A stretch of DNA of 64,000 nt from NCBI GenBank assembly GCA_965216755.1, contig CBDCGL010000011.1, positions 2,784,001 through 2,848,000 of the forward strand. The letters run 5' to 3'. Positions 9,024 through 17,618 of the stretch are shown one piece after another. Source of the stretch: Alphaproteobacteria bacterium (lineage in GTDB: Bacteria; Pseudomonadota; Alphaproteobacteria; UBA7887). Position 1 is the first letter of the stretch, and each line of letters opens with the position of its first letter. Made by a program: the position numbers and the translations under genes. The notes under the pieces are model-generated. The model was not told the origin of the DNA. It made no database searches and worked only from the letters and a program-made list of their open reading frames with translations.

Positions 9024-9782
9024 TTAGTGCCCCCCGGTCAAGGGAACGAAGCTGACAGGCAGAAGCTGGCGGGTGCGCACGCGGCCGTCCGCTGCTTTGG
9101 TGACGAGCACGAGCTGTTGCAGCCGATAGGGCTCACCCACCGGGATCACCATGCGGCCGCCCGGCTTGAGTTGTTCGACCAAGGGCGGCGGCACGTGGCT
9201 GGCGGCCGCGGTGACCAAAATCCCGTCGAAGGGGGCCAGATCCGGCCAGCCGAAATAACCATCGCCAACCCGAGTCGCAACCCCGTCATAGCCAAGTCGT
9301 GCCAAGTCCGCCGCGGCCCGTTCGCCCAGCTCCGGAATGATTTCGATCGTGTGCACGTTGAGCCCGAGTTCGGCCAAGACCGCCGCCTGATATCCCGATC
9401 CCGTGCCGAGTTCGAGCACGTTGTCGCCGGCCTTAGCGCCCAGCAAATGGCTCATAAGAGCGACGATATAGGGTTGCGAAATCGTCTGGCCGTAGCCGAT
9501 GGGCAGCGGTCGATCCGCATAGGCAAAGGCACGTTGATCTTCTGGCACAAATTCGTGTCGCGCCACTCTATCCATGGCGGCAAGAACATCTGATGCGATC
9601 GCACTGCCGCCGGGGTTCGCCCGATCATAAAGTTGAATCACCGCCAGCATGTCGGCGCGCGGTGCGGCATGGGGATCTGTCGGGTCTTGTGCCAGGACGG
9701 CCCCGACGGCAAGGGCGCCGAACCCAAACAAAAAAAATGCCCACGCCGCAAACCGCTTCTTCTGACCAAACATTAGCGTCAT
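9024..9782 (-). CDS. pcm: Protein-L-isoaspartate O-methyltransferase with N-terminal signal/TM segment
   Basis: AYADRPLPIGYGQTISQPYIVA, VLELGTGSGYQAAVLA, APFDGILVTAA, QLKPGGRMVIPVG, FVPL. Start taken at ATG 9782. Confidence 0.93.
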   Translation of the reverse strand: MTLMFGQKKRFAAWAFFLFGFGALAVGAVLAQDPTDPHAAPRADMLAVIQLYDRANPGGSAIASDVLAAMDRVARHEFVPEDQRAFAYADRPLPIGYGQTISQPYIVALMSHLLGAKAGDNVLELGTGSGYQAAVLAELGLNVHTIEIIPELGERAAADLARLGYDGVATRVGDGYFGWPDLAPFDGILVTAAASHVPPPLVEQLKPGGRMVIPVGEPYRLQQLVLVTKAADGRVRTRQLLPVSFVPLTGGH

Positions 9783-9864
9783 TGCGCTTCGTTTGCCCCG
9801 GCGTTCAACCGGCCGCACTTGGCACAAACATCGCGCAGTCGCCACGATCGTGTTGGCAATCGCC

Positions 9865-10149
9865 CTACTCTTCCCCGACCAGCTCTTGCACGGTGTCCGC
9901 ATTCATGCTCGATGCGTAATAGCCAGCCTTGATATCCGCTGCCGCCTCGTCCGGCAAGACCTCGAAAATGACCAGAGCCGGGTTGGGGTCGTCGCCCAAC
10001 GGCGCAGGAACCATCGGCTGGCGATCGCCGAGCGGCTGCAGAAATTTGGCGTCGTTCAGATCGAACTGTGCCGCGCAGTCTTGCACGCTCATCTCAGTAA
10101 CGAGAAAGGGCTCCAGCCCGCCAGGCTTGTGGATCCAAACCTTGACCAT
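9865..10149 (-). CDS. Small hypothetical protein (94 aa)
   Basis: MVKVWIHKPGG... preceded by a GGGAG RBS, plausible codon usage, FNR-type box upstream. No family recognised. Confidence 0.7.
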   Translation of the reverse strand: MVKVWIHKPGGLEPFLVTEMSVQDCAAQFDLNDAKFLQPLGDRQPMVPAPLGDDPNPALVIFEVLPDEAAADIKAGYYASSMNADTVQELVGEE

Positions 10150-10214
10150 GAATTGTGCTCCCAAGTTCTTAGGGGTTGACACAACTCCATGTCACACGGG
10201 GGCGGCCCGCCGCA

Positions 10215-10228
10215 TTGATTGGTATCAA
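10215..10228. promoter_or_regulatory. FNR/FixK/FnrL-type binding box
   Basis: TTGAT-TGGT-ATCAA is an exact match to TTGAT-N4-ATCAA, extended by CA/TG flanks, centred about 72 bp upstream of the ATG at 10149. Confidence 0.8.
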
Positions 10229-10335
10229 TGTTCCGCACCAGCGGCCGATGGACCGCGGCCCCGCGCGGCGCGCCTCCTCTTTTGTGGACAGGCATTTACG
10301 GTCAATCAGACGCCGTCACACATCTTTGCCATCGG

Positions 10336-11268
10336 TTAGAACCCAACTTGATCGCCGCCCTTAAGGCGCAAGATCCCGCGGGCTTCATCGGACGTGGCGA
10401 TCTCGCGGCCGAGGCCTTCAATGATCTGGCGGACCATGCGCACCTGTTCGGCATTGCTTTCGGCGAGCTTCCCGGGACCGGCCCAAAGCGAATCTTCCAG
10501 ACCAACCCGGACGTTGCCGCCCATGGCCGCCGACATGGCCGCGATGCGCATCTGATGCCGACCGGCGGCGAGCACGCTCCACCGATAGTCGTTGCCAAAG
10601 AGGCGATCGGCGGTGCGTTTCATGTGCGCCACGTCTTCCTCATGTGTGCCAATGCCGCCCAGGATGCCGAATACCGACTGGACAAAGAACGGAGGCTTGA
10701 TGATCTGGCGGTCGGCCATGTGCGCCAATGTGTAGAGATGGCCAATATCGTAGCATTCGACTTCGAAGCGCGTGCCGTTTTCGGCACATTCGGTGAGGAT
10801 GAATTCAATGTCCGCGAAAGTATTCTTGAAGAATCCCGATTTCGAGCCTTCGAGATAGGGGCGTTCCCAGGCGAACTTGAACTCGTTGAAACGGGAGAGC
10901 ATCGGATAGAGGCCGAAGTTCATGGTGCCCATGTTGAGGGACGCAATCTCGGGCTTGAAGTTGGTTGCCGGCCGGGCGCGCTCTTCCACGGTCATGGTTA
11001 TGGCGCCACCGGTGGTGATGTTGACTACGCAAGGCGAGCGCTGCTTGATGACTTTCAAGAACGGCGCGAAGGCTTCGGTCGATTGATCGGGCTGGCCGGT
11101 TTCCGGATCGCGCGCGTGGAGGTGAACAATGGCCGCGCCGGCTTCGGCCGCGCCGATCGCGGCGTCGGCGATTTCCTGCGCCGTGATGGGCAGATGCGGT
11201 GACATCGACGGCGTGTGAATTGAGCCGGTGACGGCGCAGGTGATGATGACCTTGTCGGGCGCGGCCAT
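10336..11268 (-). CDS. Beta-keto acid cleavage enzyme (BKACE/DUF849, Kce family)
   Basis: VIITCAVTGSIHTPSMSPHLP, AAIVHLHARDP, ITTGG, PEIASLNMG, GGNVRVGLED. Confidence 0.93.
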   Translation of the reverse strand: MAAPDKVIITCAVTGSIHTPSMSPHLPITAQEIADAAIGAAEAGAAIVHLHARDPETGQPDQSTEAFAPFLKVIKQRSPCVVNITTGGAITMTVEERARPATNFKPEIASLNMGTMNFGLYPMLSRFNEFKFAWERPYLEGSKSGFFKNTFADIEFILTECAENGTRFEVECYDIGHLYTLAHMADRQIIKPPFFVQSVFGILGGIGTHEEDVAHMKRTADRLFGNDYRWSVLAAGRHQMRIAAMSAAMGGNVRVGLEDSLWAGPGKLAESNAEQVRMVRQIIEGLGREIATSDEARGILRLKGGDQVGF

Positions 11269-11286
11269 GGGAAACCTCCTCCGGAT

Positions 11287-12222
11287 TTATTTGCGCGGCT
11301 CTTGCGCGCGTTTGTGGGCGACGAGAGCGGCGATGCGATCATCGCGCCAGCGGCTTTTCGACAAAATCTCAGCTGGAGATGGCGCGTGCCCCCAATCGGC
11401 GACAATGCGCTCAATATTGGCCTGGCTCCAGATCTCTTCTGTCACCGGTTCGCGGGATAGACCATAGAGCGTCGGGCCATAGCGTTCGCAGTAATCGGCA
11501 ATGCCGCCCGGCGCGTTGAGCTCGATCGTCTCAAACGGCCCCATGAAAGACCAGCGCAGGCCGAGCCCATGGGCGATCGTCTTATCGAGATCTTCCGCCG
11601 TGCAGTAGCCCGCGCCAACCAGCCGGAGCGCTTCTGAGAGGAGGACAGCCTGCATGCGATTGAGAATGAAGCCGTCGATTTCCTTTTTGACCTCGATCGG
11701 GACCTGACCGACCGACTCATAGATTTCGCGGGCGCGCTTGATAATTTCACGAGAGGTCCAGGGCGCGCCGCAAAGTTCGACAATCGGGACGACATTTGGC
11801 GGGTTCACGGGATGGGCAATGAGACAGCGTTCGCGGCCATCGAGTCTTTCGGTGAATCGAGACGTGACAATGGCGGAAGAAGAAGACGCGAGAATAGCTG
11901 ACTTCGGCGCCGCGGCATCGAGCGCCTCGAAGATCTGGATCTTTGTGTCAATTCGCTCAGGCCCGGACTCCTGAACGAGGTCAGCGTCCGCGACCGCGTC
12001 TTCCAAACTGTCGGCGACCGCGAGCCTGGCCCCGGCCGCGGCCGGATCCGCGACCAAACCATGGTCCGCGAGATCGGACAGCGAGGTGCGGATCAGGTCA
12101 AGTGCTGTTGTGCGCGTCGGCTCGTGAGCGTCGAAAACGCTGACATCCCATGCCGCACGCGCAAATACATTGGCCCAGGCGCGCCCGATCAGGCCGCAAC
12201 CGACAATAGCGACGCGCGGCAT
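11287..12222 (-). CDS. 3-hydroxyacyl-CoA dehydrogenase family protein (carnitine dehydrogenase/lambda-crystallin-like)
   Basis: VGCGLIGRAW Rossmann motif, VQESGPE, LASSSS, IAHPVNPP, GFILNRMQ, GLGLRWSFMGPFET. Confidence 0.9.
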   Translation of the reverse strand: MPRVAIVGCGLIGRAWANVFARAAWDVSVFDAHEPTRTTALDLIRTSLSDLADHGLVADPAAAGARLAVADSLEDAVADADLVQESGPERIDTKIQIFEALDAAAPKSAILASSSSAIVTSRFTERLDGRERCLIAHPVNPPNVVPIVELCGAPWTSREIIKRAREIYESVGQVPIEVKKEIDGFILNRMQAVLLSEALRLVGAGYCTAEDLDKTIAHGLGLRWSFMGPFETIELNAPGGIADYCERYGPTLYGLSREPVTEEIWSQANIERIVADWGHAPSPAEILSKSRWRDDRIAALVAHKRAQEPRK

Positions 12223-12464
12223 AGTTTTCTCCTTCGCTCTCGTCTCAAGTGGGTTTCAGGTCAGCAGGGACTACGGTGGCGGGCCGTGCCGGCGCAACAC
12301 GTCCATTTTATCCCAAAAGTCGCGGCGGTCACGCGGGTTGGGCCATGCCGCGCGTGTCCGACCGCGCGCTGCGCATCGGCCGCCGGACATGCCGGCAACA
12401 AAGCCCGCTTGGCGACCTGCGCATGAGCCGGGCGCACCAAGACAGACGCGAATCAACCCTCCCG

Positions 12465-13946
12465 TCAGCGAAGCACAAAGGGATTGCCGGGCGCCGTTTC
12501 TGAGATGTTGATCCAGATCGACTTGGTCGAAAGATATTCACGAATGGCTTCGATCCCACTCTCGCGCCCGATGCCAGAGCGCTTCACGCCGCCGAACGGC
12601 ATCATGTAGCTGATCGCGCGATATGTGTTGACCCAGACCGTACCCGCCTTGAGCGCTCGGCTCATGCGGATGGCGCGGCCAATGTTCTGGGTCCAGACTC
12701 CCGCGGCGAGGCCGAAGATCACGTCATTTCCAATGGCGACCGCCTGCGCCTCGTCTTCGAAGCCGATGATTGACAGAACGGGGCCGAACACCTCCTCCTG
12801 CGCAATGCGCATGTGGTTGGAGACATCGGTGAAGATGGTCGGCTCGACGAACTGCCCGCCGATGATTTCCGAACCCTCGGGCTTGCCGCCACCGATCAGG
12901 CAGCGCGCGCCCTCGGATTTCGCAATGTCGATATAATCGAGGACCTTGCCATATTGCGGCGTGGTGGTGACGGGGCCGATGTTGGTTTCGGGCTTCATCG
13001 GATCGCCGATACGTGCGGTGCGGGCGATTTCCACCAACATCTCGGTGAACTCTTCCTTGATCGAGTTTTGAACCAGAAGACGCGAGCCGGCGACGCAAGT
13101 CTGCCCGGTCGCGGCGAAAATGCCCGATGCGGCGCCAGCTGCTGCCGCTTCGAGATTGGCGTCGTCGAAAACGATGTTGGGGGATTTGCCGCCGAGCTCC
13201 AAGGAGACGCGCTTGATGCCCTTGGCGGCCGCCGCATAGATCGCTGCGCCAGTGCGGTCGGAGCCAGTAAAGGTGATTTTGGCAACATCCGGATGTTCCA
13301 CAAGCGCGGCACCGGCTTCGGCGCCAAAGCCCGTGACCACGTTGAACACGCCGTCGGGGATACCGGCCTCCTTGGCCAACGCGGCGTATTCCAGGGTGGA
13401 GGCCGACGTGAACTCCGAGGGCTTCACCACCACCGAACAACCGGCGGCCAGCGCTGGCGCGCATTTCCAGGCAATGAACAGGAGCGGCGAATTCCAGGCG
13501 GTGATGGCGCCGACGACGCCGACCGGTTCGTGGTCTGTCAAGGCGAGATGATCGGGCTTGTCGAGCGGCACCACAGCGCCCTCGATCTTGTCGGCGAGCC
13601 CGGCATAGTAATACCACCACTCCGGATGATAGCGGAGTTGGCCCAGCATCTCAGAATAGAGCTTACCGTTGTCGCGCACCTCGATTTCGGCCAAACGCTC
13701 GGCATTTGCGGCCACCAGATCGCCAAGCTTGCGCATTGCTTTGCCACGTGCCGAGGGCGTGGTCGACGCCCAGGGCCCGACGGTCATCGCGTTCCCGGCC
13801 GCGGCGACGGCCGCGTCTATGTCGGCGGCACCGCTACGGGGGATCTGCGCCCACACCTCGCCCTTGTACGGGTCATGGCTGTCGAACCACTTACCGCCGA
13901 CCGGGTCGACATATTTGCCGTCGATAAAATTCTGGTAAGTATTCAT
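12465..13946 (-). CDS. Aldehyde dehydrogenase
   Basis: ITAWNSP, KPSE, FTGS, LELGGKSP, GQTCVAGSR (catalytic Cys), EEVFGPV, PFGGVKRSGIGRE. Confidence 0.95.
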   Translation of the reverse strand: MNTYQNFIDGKYVDPVGGKWFDSHDPYKGEVWAQIPRSGAADIDAAVAAAGNAMTVGPWASTTPSARGKAMRKLGDLVAANAERLAEIEVRDNGKLYSEMLGQLRYHPEWWYYYAGLADKIEGAVVPLDKPDHLALTDHEPVGVVGAITAWNSPLLFIAWKCAPALAAGCSVVVKPSEFTSASTLEYAALAKEAGIPDGVFNVVTGFGAEAGAALVEHPDVAKITFTGSDRTGAAIYAAAAKGIKRVSLELGGKSPNIVFDDANLEAAAAGAASGIFAATGQTCVAGSRLLVQNSIKEEFTEMLVEIARTARIGDPMKPETNIGPVTTTPQYGKVLDYIDIAKSEGARCLIGGGKPEGSEIIGGQFVEPTIFTDVSNHMRIAQEEVFGPVLSIIGFEDEAQAVAIGNDVIFGLAAGVWTQNIGRAIRMSRALKAGTVWVNTYRAISYMMPFGGVKRSGIGRESGIEAIREYLSTKSIWINISETAPGNPFVLR

Positions 13947-14453
13947 AATTCGGCTCTCCTCATCGCCCGTATCTTAACTTATCGGACAGCAGTCGCCTGG
14001 CCTGGAATCCGGCACCCCCGGCATTCCCAAACCACGCCCGGATTGGCCGCGAACAGACCTGGTCGGCAAATACGCGGCGGATGTTGCGAGGCACCGACTT
14101 CAATCAGTTGGAGCAAGTCCGCAGCAAACGCGCCCAGGTTATCCCGCCCTGGCGTAAACCATTCAAGCGACCCTTTCATGGCCCCGATCCTGACCACCGG
14201 CGACCCACGCGAAGGGCGGCGCAGTGCGATGCGCGTGTCCCGAATTCGTGGTTCGTCACGTCTGACCCCACGCACCTTACGAACTTCGGATTCGTCAGGA
14301 CCCGAGCCGAACATTGGAATCTCGTGCGGTGGACCAGGCAAGCCGCCCAAGCAATGTGGTCGTCCACTTGGATTCCCATTGGGGTCACCCGCCGGTCGCG
14401 AACCCGCGGGGCCAGCACTCAAATAGGCGAAGCCGGTAGCGCAGACAAGAACA

Positions 14454-14543
14454 TGGCGGAGGGAGTGGGATTCGAACCCACGGTACGCGTAAGCGCACAA
14501 CGGTTTTCGAGACCGCCCCGTTCGACCACTCCGGCACCCCTCC
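14454..14543 (-). tRNA. tRNA-Ser(CGA)
   Basis: GGAGGGGTGCCGGAGTGGTCGAACGGGGCGGTCT-CGA-AAACCG, long variable arm, GGTTCGAATCCCACTCCCTCCGCCA (90 nt, encoded CCA). Confidence 0.96.
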
Positions 14544-14752
14544 AAACCTTATGTTTCAGCAACTTAAATCAGATGCACGCTCCCGAAATCGATCCCCTAT
14601 AGCCAGATCAAAACCCATTTTTTTCGCGGGCTGAGATGTGGCACAAGTTGCGTGAACGTGCCAGTCAAATCGTCAGCGAGCCGGGCCGCGCCTCAGCCGC
14701 TGTGCGGCGCTTGGCATACGACGGCGCGGCGCTGGCCGACACGACGGATGGG

Positions 14753-16045
14753 TTACGGCTTGCCCAGTTCCTCGCGTCGCGGGCCCAGATAACCGAACAG
14801 ATAGGCAGCCACCTTTCGCATTTGAATCTCCTCCGCGCCCTCGGTAATGCGATAGCGGCGGTGGTGGCGATAAATGTGCTCGAACGGTTTGTGCCGTGAA
14901 TAGCCGATACCGCCGTGCACCTGCATGGCCCGGTCGGCCGCCTCGCAGACCAGCCGGTTTGCCCAGTAGTTGCACATGGAGACCTTGTCAGAGAGGCGTT
15001 TTTCGACCTCGGGATGGCGCATCTGATCCATCTCCCAAGCCGTCTTGCGGATGAGCAAGCGGAGCATCTCAACCTGGGTCGCCAGCTCGACCAGGGGGAA
15101 TTGGATCGCCTGGTTGGCGGCAAGCGCCTTGCCGAACGGCTTTCGCGCACGCGCATAGCGCACGCTTTCCGCGATGCAATAGCACGCCGCGCCCAGCGAC
15201 GAGGCCGCTTGCCGGATGCGGTTTTCGTGCACAAAGGCCTGGGCCAGGGCGAGCCCCCCGCCGCGCGCGCCGAATTGCGCGTCCCCCGGCACCCATAGGT
15301 CGCGCAGGGTCAGACGCGGATGATCGGTCGGCATGTTGAAAGTCCACAGATACTCCTCGATCACCAGCCCCGGCGTGTCGCGCGGCACCAGAAAAGCGGT
15401 GATGCCGGCGGCGTCGCCTGGCGCACCGTCGCTGCGCGCAAAGACCACACAGTGGCTCGCCCGATGCATGCCGGTGATCCACATTTTTTCGCCGTCGATG
15501 CGCCAGCCATCGATACCATTGCGGCGTTCCGGCGCTGCGCGCGTCGCCATGTGAGTCGCGTCCGAGCCGTGGTGCGGCTCGGTCAGGCCGAAAGCGAAGC
15601 TATAGCGACCCACGAGCGCCCCGGGAATGAACTCCGTCTTTTGCGGCGCGCTGCCAAAATCGCGCAGCATGAGTATGATCGGGAAATTGCCAACGACCGA
15701 GTGTTCGTTTTGCAAATCGTTGAATAGCCCGAGCCCCTTGGCGGCAAGGTGCTCGCGGATCACCGCCATCCACAAATTGGTCCCGTCCGCGCCACCATAT
15801 TCGGACGGCAGCGTGAAGCGATAGAACCCCGCCTTGTCGGCACGCCGTACCGCTTCGGCCAACAACGCCTCCCATTCGGGGCGCGGTAGACCGCCGGCGT
15901 CGAAATCGGTCCGCGCCCACTCTCGGCGATGGTCGAAGAAGCGTTCATTGTCGTCGGCGGCCTGCAACGGCGCGATCTCCGCCTCGATGAAGGCATCCAA
16001 ACGCGTGAGATAGTCAACCAGATCAGCGGGCAACGCGAAATCCAT
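14753..16045 (-). CDS. Acyl-CoA dehydrogenase family protein (LvaC/ACAD11-like)
   Basis: FGLTEPHHGSDA, DGEKMWITG, RKPFGK.L..NQAIQF, AMQVHGGIG, RITEGAEEIQ. Confidence 0.92.
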   Translation of the reverse strand: MDFALPADLVDYLTRLDAFIEAEIAPLQAADDNERFFDHRREWARTDFDAGGLPRPEWEALLAEAVRRADKAGFYRFTLPSEYGGADGTNLWMAVIREHLAAKGLGLFNDLQNEHSVVGNFPIILMLRDFGSAPQKTEFIPGALVGRYSFAFGLTEPHHGSDATHMATRAAPERRNGIDGWRIDGEKMWITGMHRASHCVVFARSDGAPGDAAGITAFLVPRDTPGLVIEEYLWTFNMPTDHPRLTLRDLWVPGDAQFGARGGGLALAQAFVHENRIRQAASSLGAACYCIAESVRYARARKPFGKALAANQAIQFPLVELATQVEMLRLLIRKTAWEMDQMRHPEVEKRLSDKVSMCNYWANRLVCEAADRAMQVHGGIGYSRHKPFEHIYRHHRRYRITEGAEEIQMRKVAAYLFGYLGPRREELGKP

Positions 16046-16061
16046 GTCCCAGCTCCGTTTG

Positions 16062-16415
16062 TCACCCGGTCAGGTGGCGGTAAAGAGGAAAACGTGGCTG
16101 GTCAACGGCGACCTTGGCCAATGTCGTCTGCCACAGATGTTCGACCAGCCCCTCGGTCGATAGGTCCATCCTGCCGGCGGCGATTTCGGCGGCGAGCGCC
16201 TCGGTCAAATTGGTAAGGTCGCCCACGCGTCCCAGCAAGTCGGCGAGCCGTTGCCGTTCCGCGTCCGCATCGGCCGGGTCCAGGGACAACTCACGCTGCG
16301 CGATGGCCAACGCTGCGGCCGCAACCGTGCGCTCGTATACCGTCCCGGGTTCGGGTTGGCGCAAAAAATCGGCAACTGCGGCGATGATGTCGACGGCGCC
16401 AGGCTGGTCTTGCAT
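16062..16415 (-). CDS. Small DUF6285-like protein (LvaB-like)
   Basis: MQDQP....IIAAV..FL and C-terminal HLWQTTLAKVAVDQP.F. Lies between the APH-family kinase and the acyl-CoA dehydrogenase, overlapping the kinase stop by 1 nt. Confidence 0.75.
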   Translation of the reverse strand: MQDQPGAVDIIAAVADFLRQPEPGTVYERTVAAAALAIAQRELSLDPADADAERQRLADLLGRVGDLTNLTEALAAEIAAGRMDLSTEGLVEHLWQTTLAKVAVDQPRFPLYRHLTG

Positions 16416-17410
16416 CAGTCAGTCCTCCCCGTCAGCTTAGCCAAAAGCACCAACTCGGTCTCCGACGCGCGCCGGGCGATGACGTGGCGTTCAACAGAGG
16501 TGTCGTCGCCGGCACGAATCCAGCCGCCCATTTCTGTTGTGATAACACCCCAGCATAGCGCCGACCAAATTTCCCACCAGGCCACCCGAGTCGGATCGAC
16601 AGGCGCGCCGCCGGCGGCCTCATAGGCCGCGAAAACATCCTCTCGCCTTGCCATGCCGCCCGCCGGGTGCGCGCCACCGAAGCGCCAGCTTTCCATGCAC
16701 AGCCAACCGAAATCGGCGTGGCGATCGCCGCGGAAGGTCATCTCCCAGTCGAGCACGGCGGCGAGGCCGTCAGGGCGAAACATCAGGTTGCCCATGCGGA
16801 AGTCGCCATGCACCAGTCGCGGCCCGCCGGCCTCGGGTGCAGGCGCGGTGTCGGCGAGTTGGCGCAGTGCCAGGGCGAACACGGGACGCGGCGCACCCAC
16901 GGCAGCATGCCGTCGGGCAAGGTCGGCAACGGCTTCCGCCGGCGTGACAGCCCGCAGCGCGAGCCCATCCGTTGCCGCAGCGTGGATGCGCGCCAGAGCC
17001 GTGCCGAAATCCGCAGCGGCCCGGTTTCGCGCCGGGGCAAAGGCATCGCCCTGGAGAACGCGCTTCGGCAAGGTCTCGCCTTCGACGAAGTCCATAACGA
17101 AGGCCTCGCCAAGACCATCGTCGGGCGCCAGCGTGCACCGCACCCGCGGCACCGGCGCCCCGGCGGCCGCTGCCCGCGCCATCGCGACGGCCTCGGCGGC
17201 GGGTCCGAGCGAGACGGTTCCCGCGCGCGCGCCGGGCGAGCGCCTGAGGATCAGCCGCGTGCCCGGCCCCTCTAGCCTGAACGCCCAGATCTGCTGGCTG
17301 GCACCGCCTGCGAGCCGCCGCACGTCCACCACACCCGTGGCCGCGTTGTCCAGACGTCGCGCGATACGCCCCAGGCCCCTGGCAACAGTGGCATCGTCAT
17401 GTATCGCCAC
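16415..17410 (-). CDS. APH-family phosphotransferase (LvaA/ACAD10 kinase-like)
   Basis: LAGGASQQIW, LVHGDFRMGNL, VLDWEM, DFGWLC..SWRFG. GTG start. Confidence 0.9.
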   Translation of the reverse strand: MAIHDDATVARGLGRIARRLDNAATGVVDVRRLAGGASQQIWAFRLEGPGTRLILRRSPGARAGTVSLGPAAEAVAMARAAAAGAPVPRVRCTLAPDDGLGEAFVMDFVEGETLPKRVLQGDAFAPARNRAAADFGTALARIHAAATDGLALRAVTPAEAVADLARRHAAVGAPRPVFALALRQLADTAPAPEAGGPRLVHGDFRMGNLMFRPDGLAAVLDWEMTFRGDRHADFGWLCMESWRFGGAHPAGGMARREDVFAAYEAAGGAPVDPTRVAWWEIWSALCWGVITTEMGGWIRAGDDTSVERHVIARRASETELVLLAKLTGRTD

Positions 17411-17413
17411 CCT

Positions 17414-17443
17414 TCTATACCTCGGTTATCTATACCTCGGTTA
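17414..17443. repeat. 15-bp perfect tandem duplication TCTATACCTCGGTTA x2
   Basis: 17414-17428 and 17429-17443 are identical and sit immediately upstream of the phosphotransferase start. Confidence 0.85.
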
Positions 17444-17618
17444 GCATGCAAACTGGTACGCCGCGCGGCACGGCGGGCATGACGCCGTTCTCTCGCCCGG
17501 CTTTTTGCGCGTGTCGGACGTCGGTCTCGGTCCCACGCCGCGGCGATCCCGACACACGCGGCATTCTTGCTTGGGCATGCCGCCTCTTCTCGGGCAGCGA
17601 CGCCGACAAGCAACGATA

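Noticed and set aside
9820-9834. Sigma54-like TGGCAC-N7-GC site
   Set aside because: It points antisense to the local genes and has a weak -12 element; likely chance.
14292-14298. CUGACGA hammerhead-like core on the minus strand
   Set aside because: No stem II followed by GAAA, and no compatible stems I and III were found.
12813-14426. Long antisense ORFs (this one, also 37409-38737, 50655-51815, 54329-55840, 19544-20605)
   Set aside because: Shadow frames of well-conserved GC-rich genes, with no independent motifs.
14454-14480. att-site duplication of the tRNA-Ser 3' end
   Set aside because: No second copy and no integrase were seen in the window, so an integrative element cannot be delimited.
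13979-14545. 188-aa ORF
   Set aside because: It overlaps the entire tRNA-Ser and shows no recognisable domain.
12350-17516. GCGCGTGTC(C) recurring in three intergenic regions (12350, 14231, 17507)
   Set aside because: Short GC-rich word at inconsistent distances from start codons; cannot be told from chance without genome-wide statistics.
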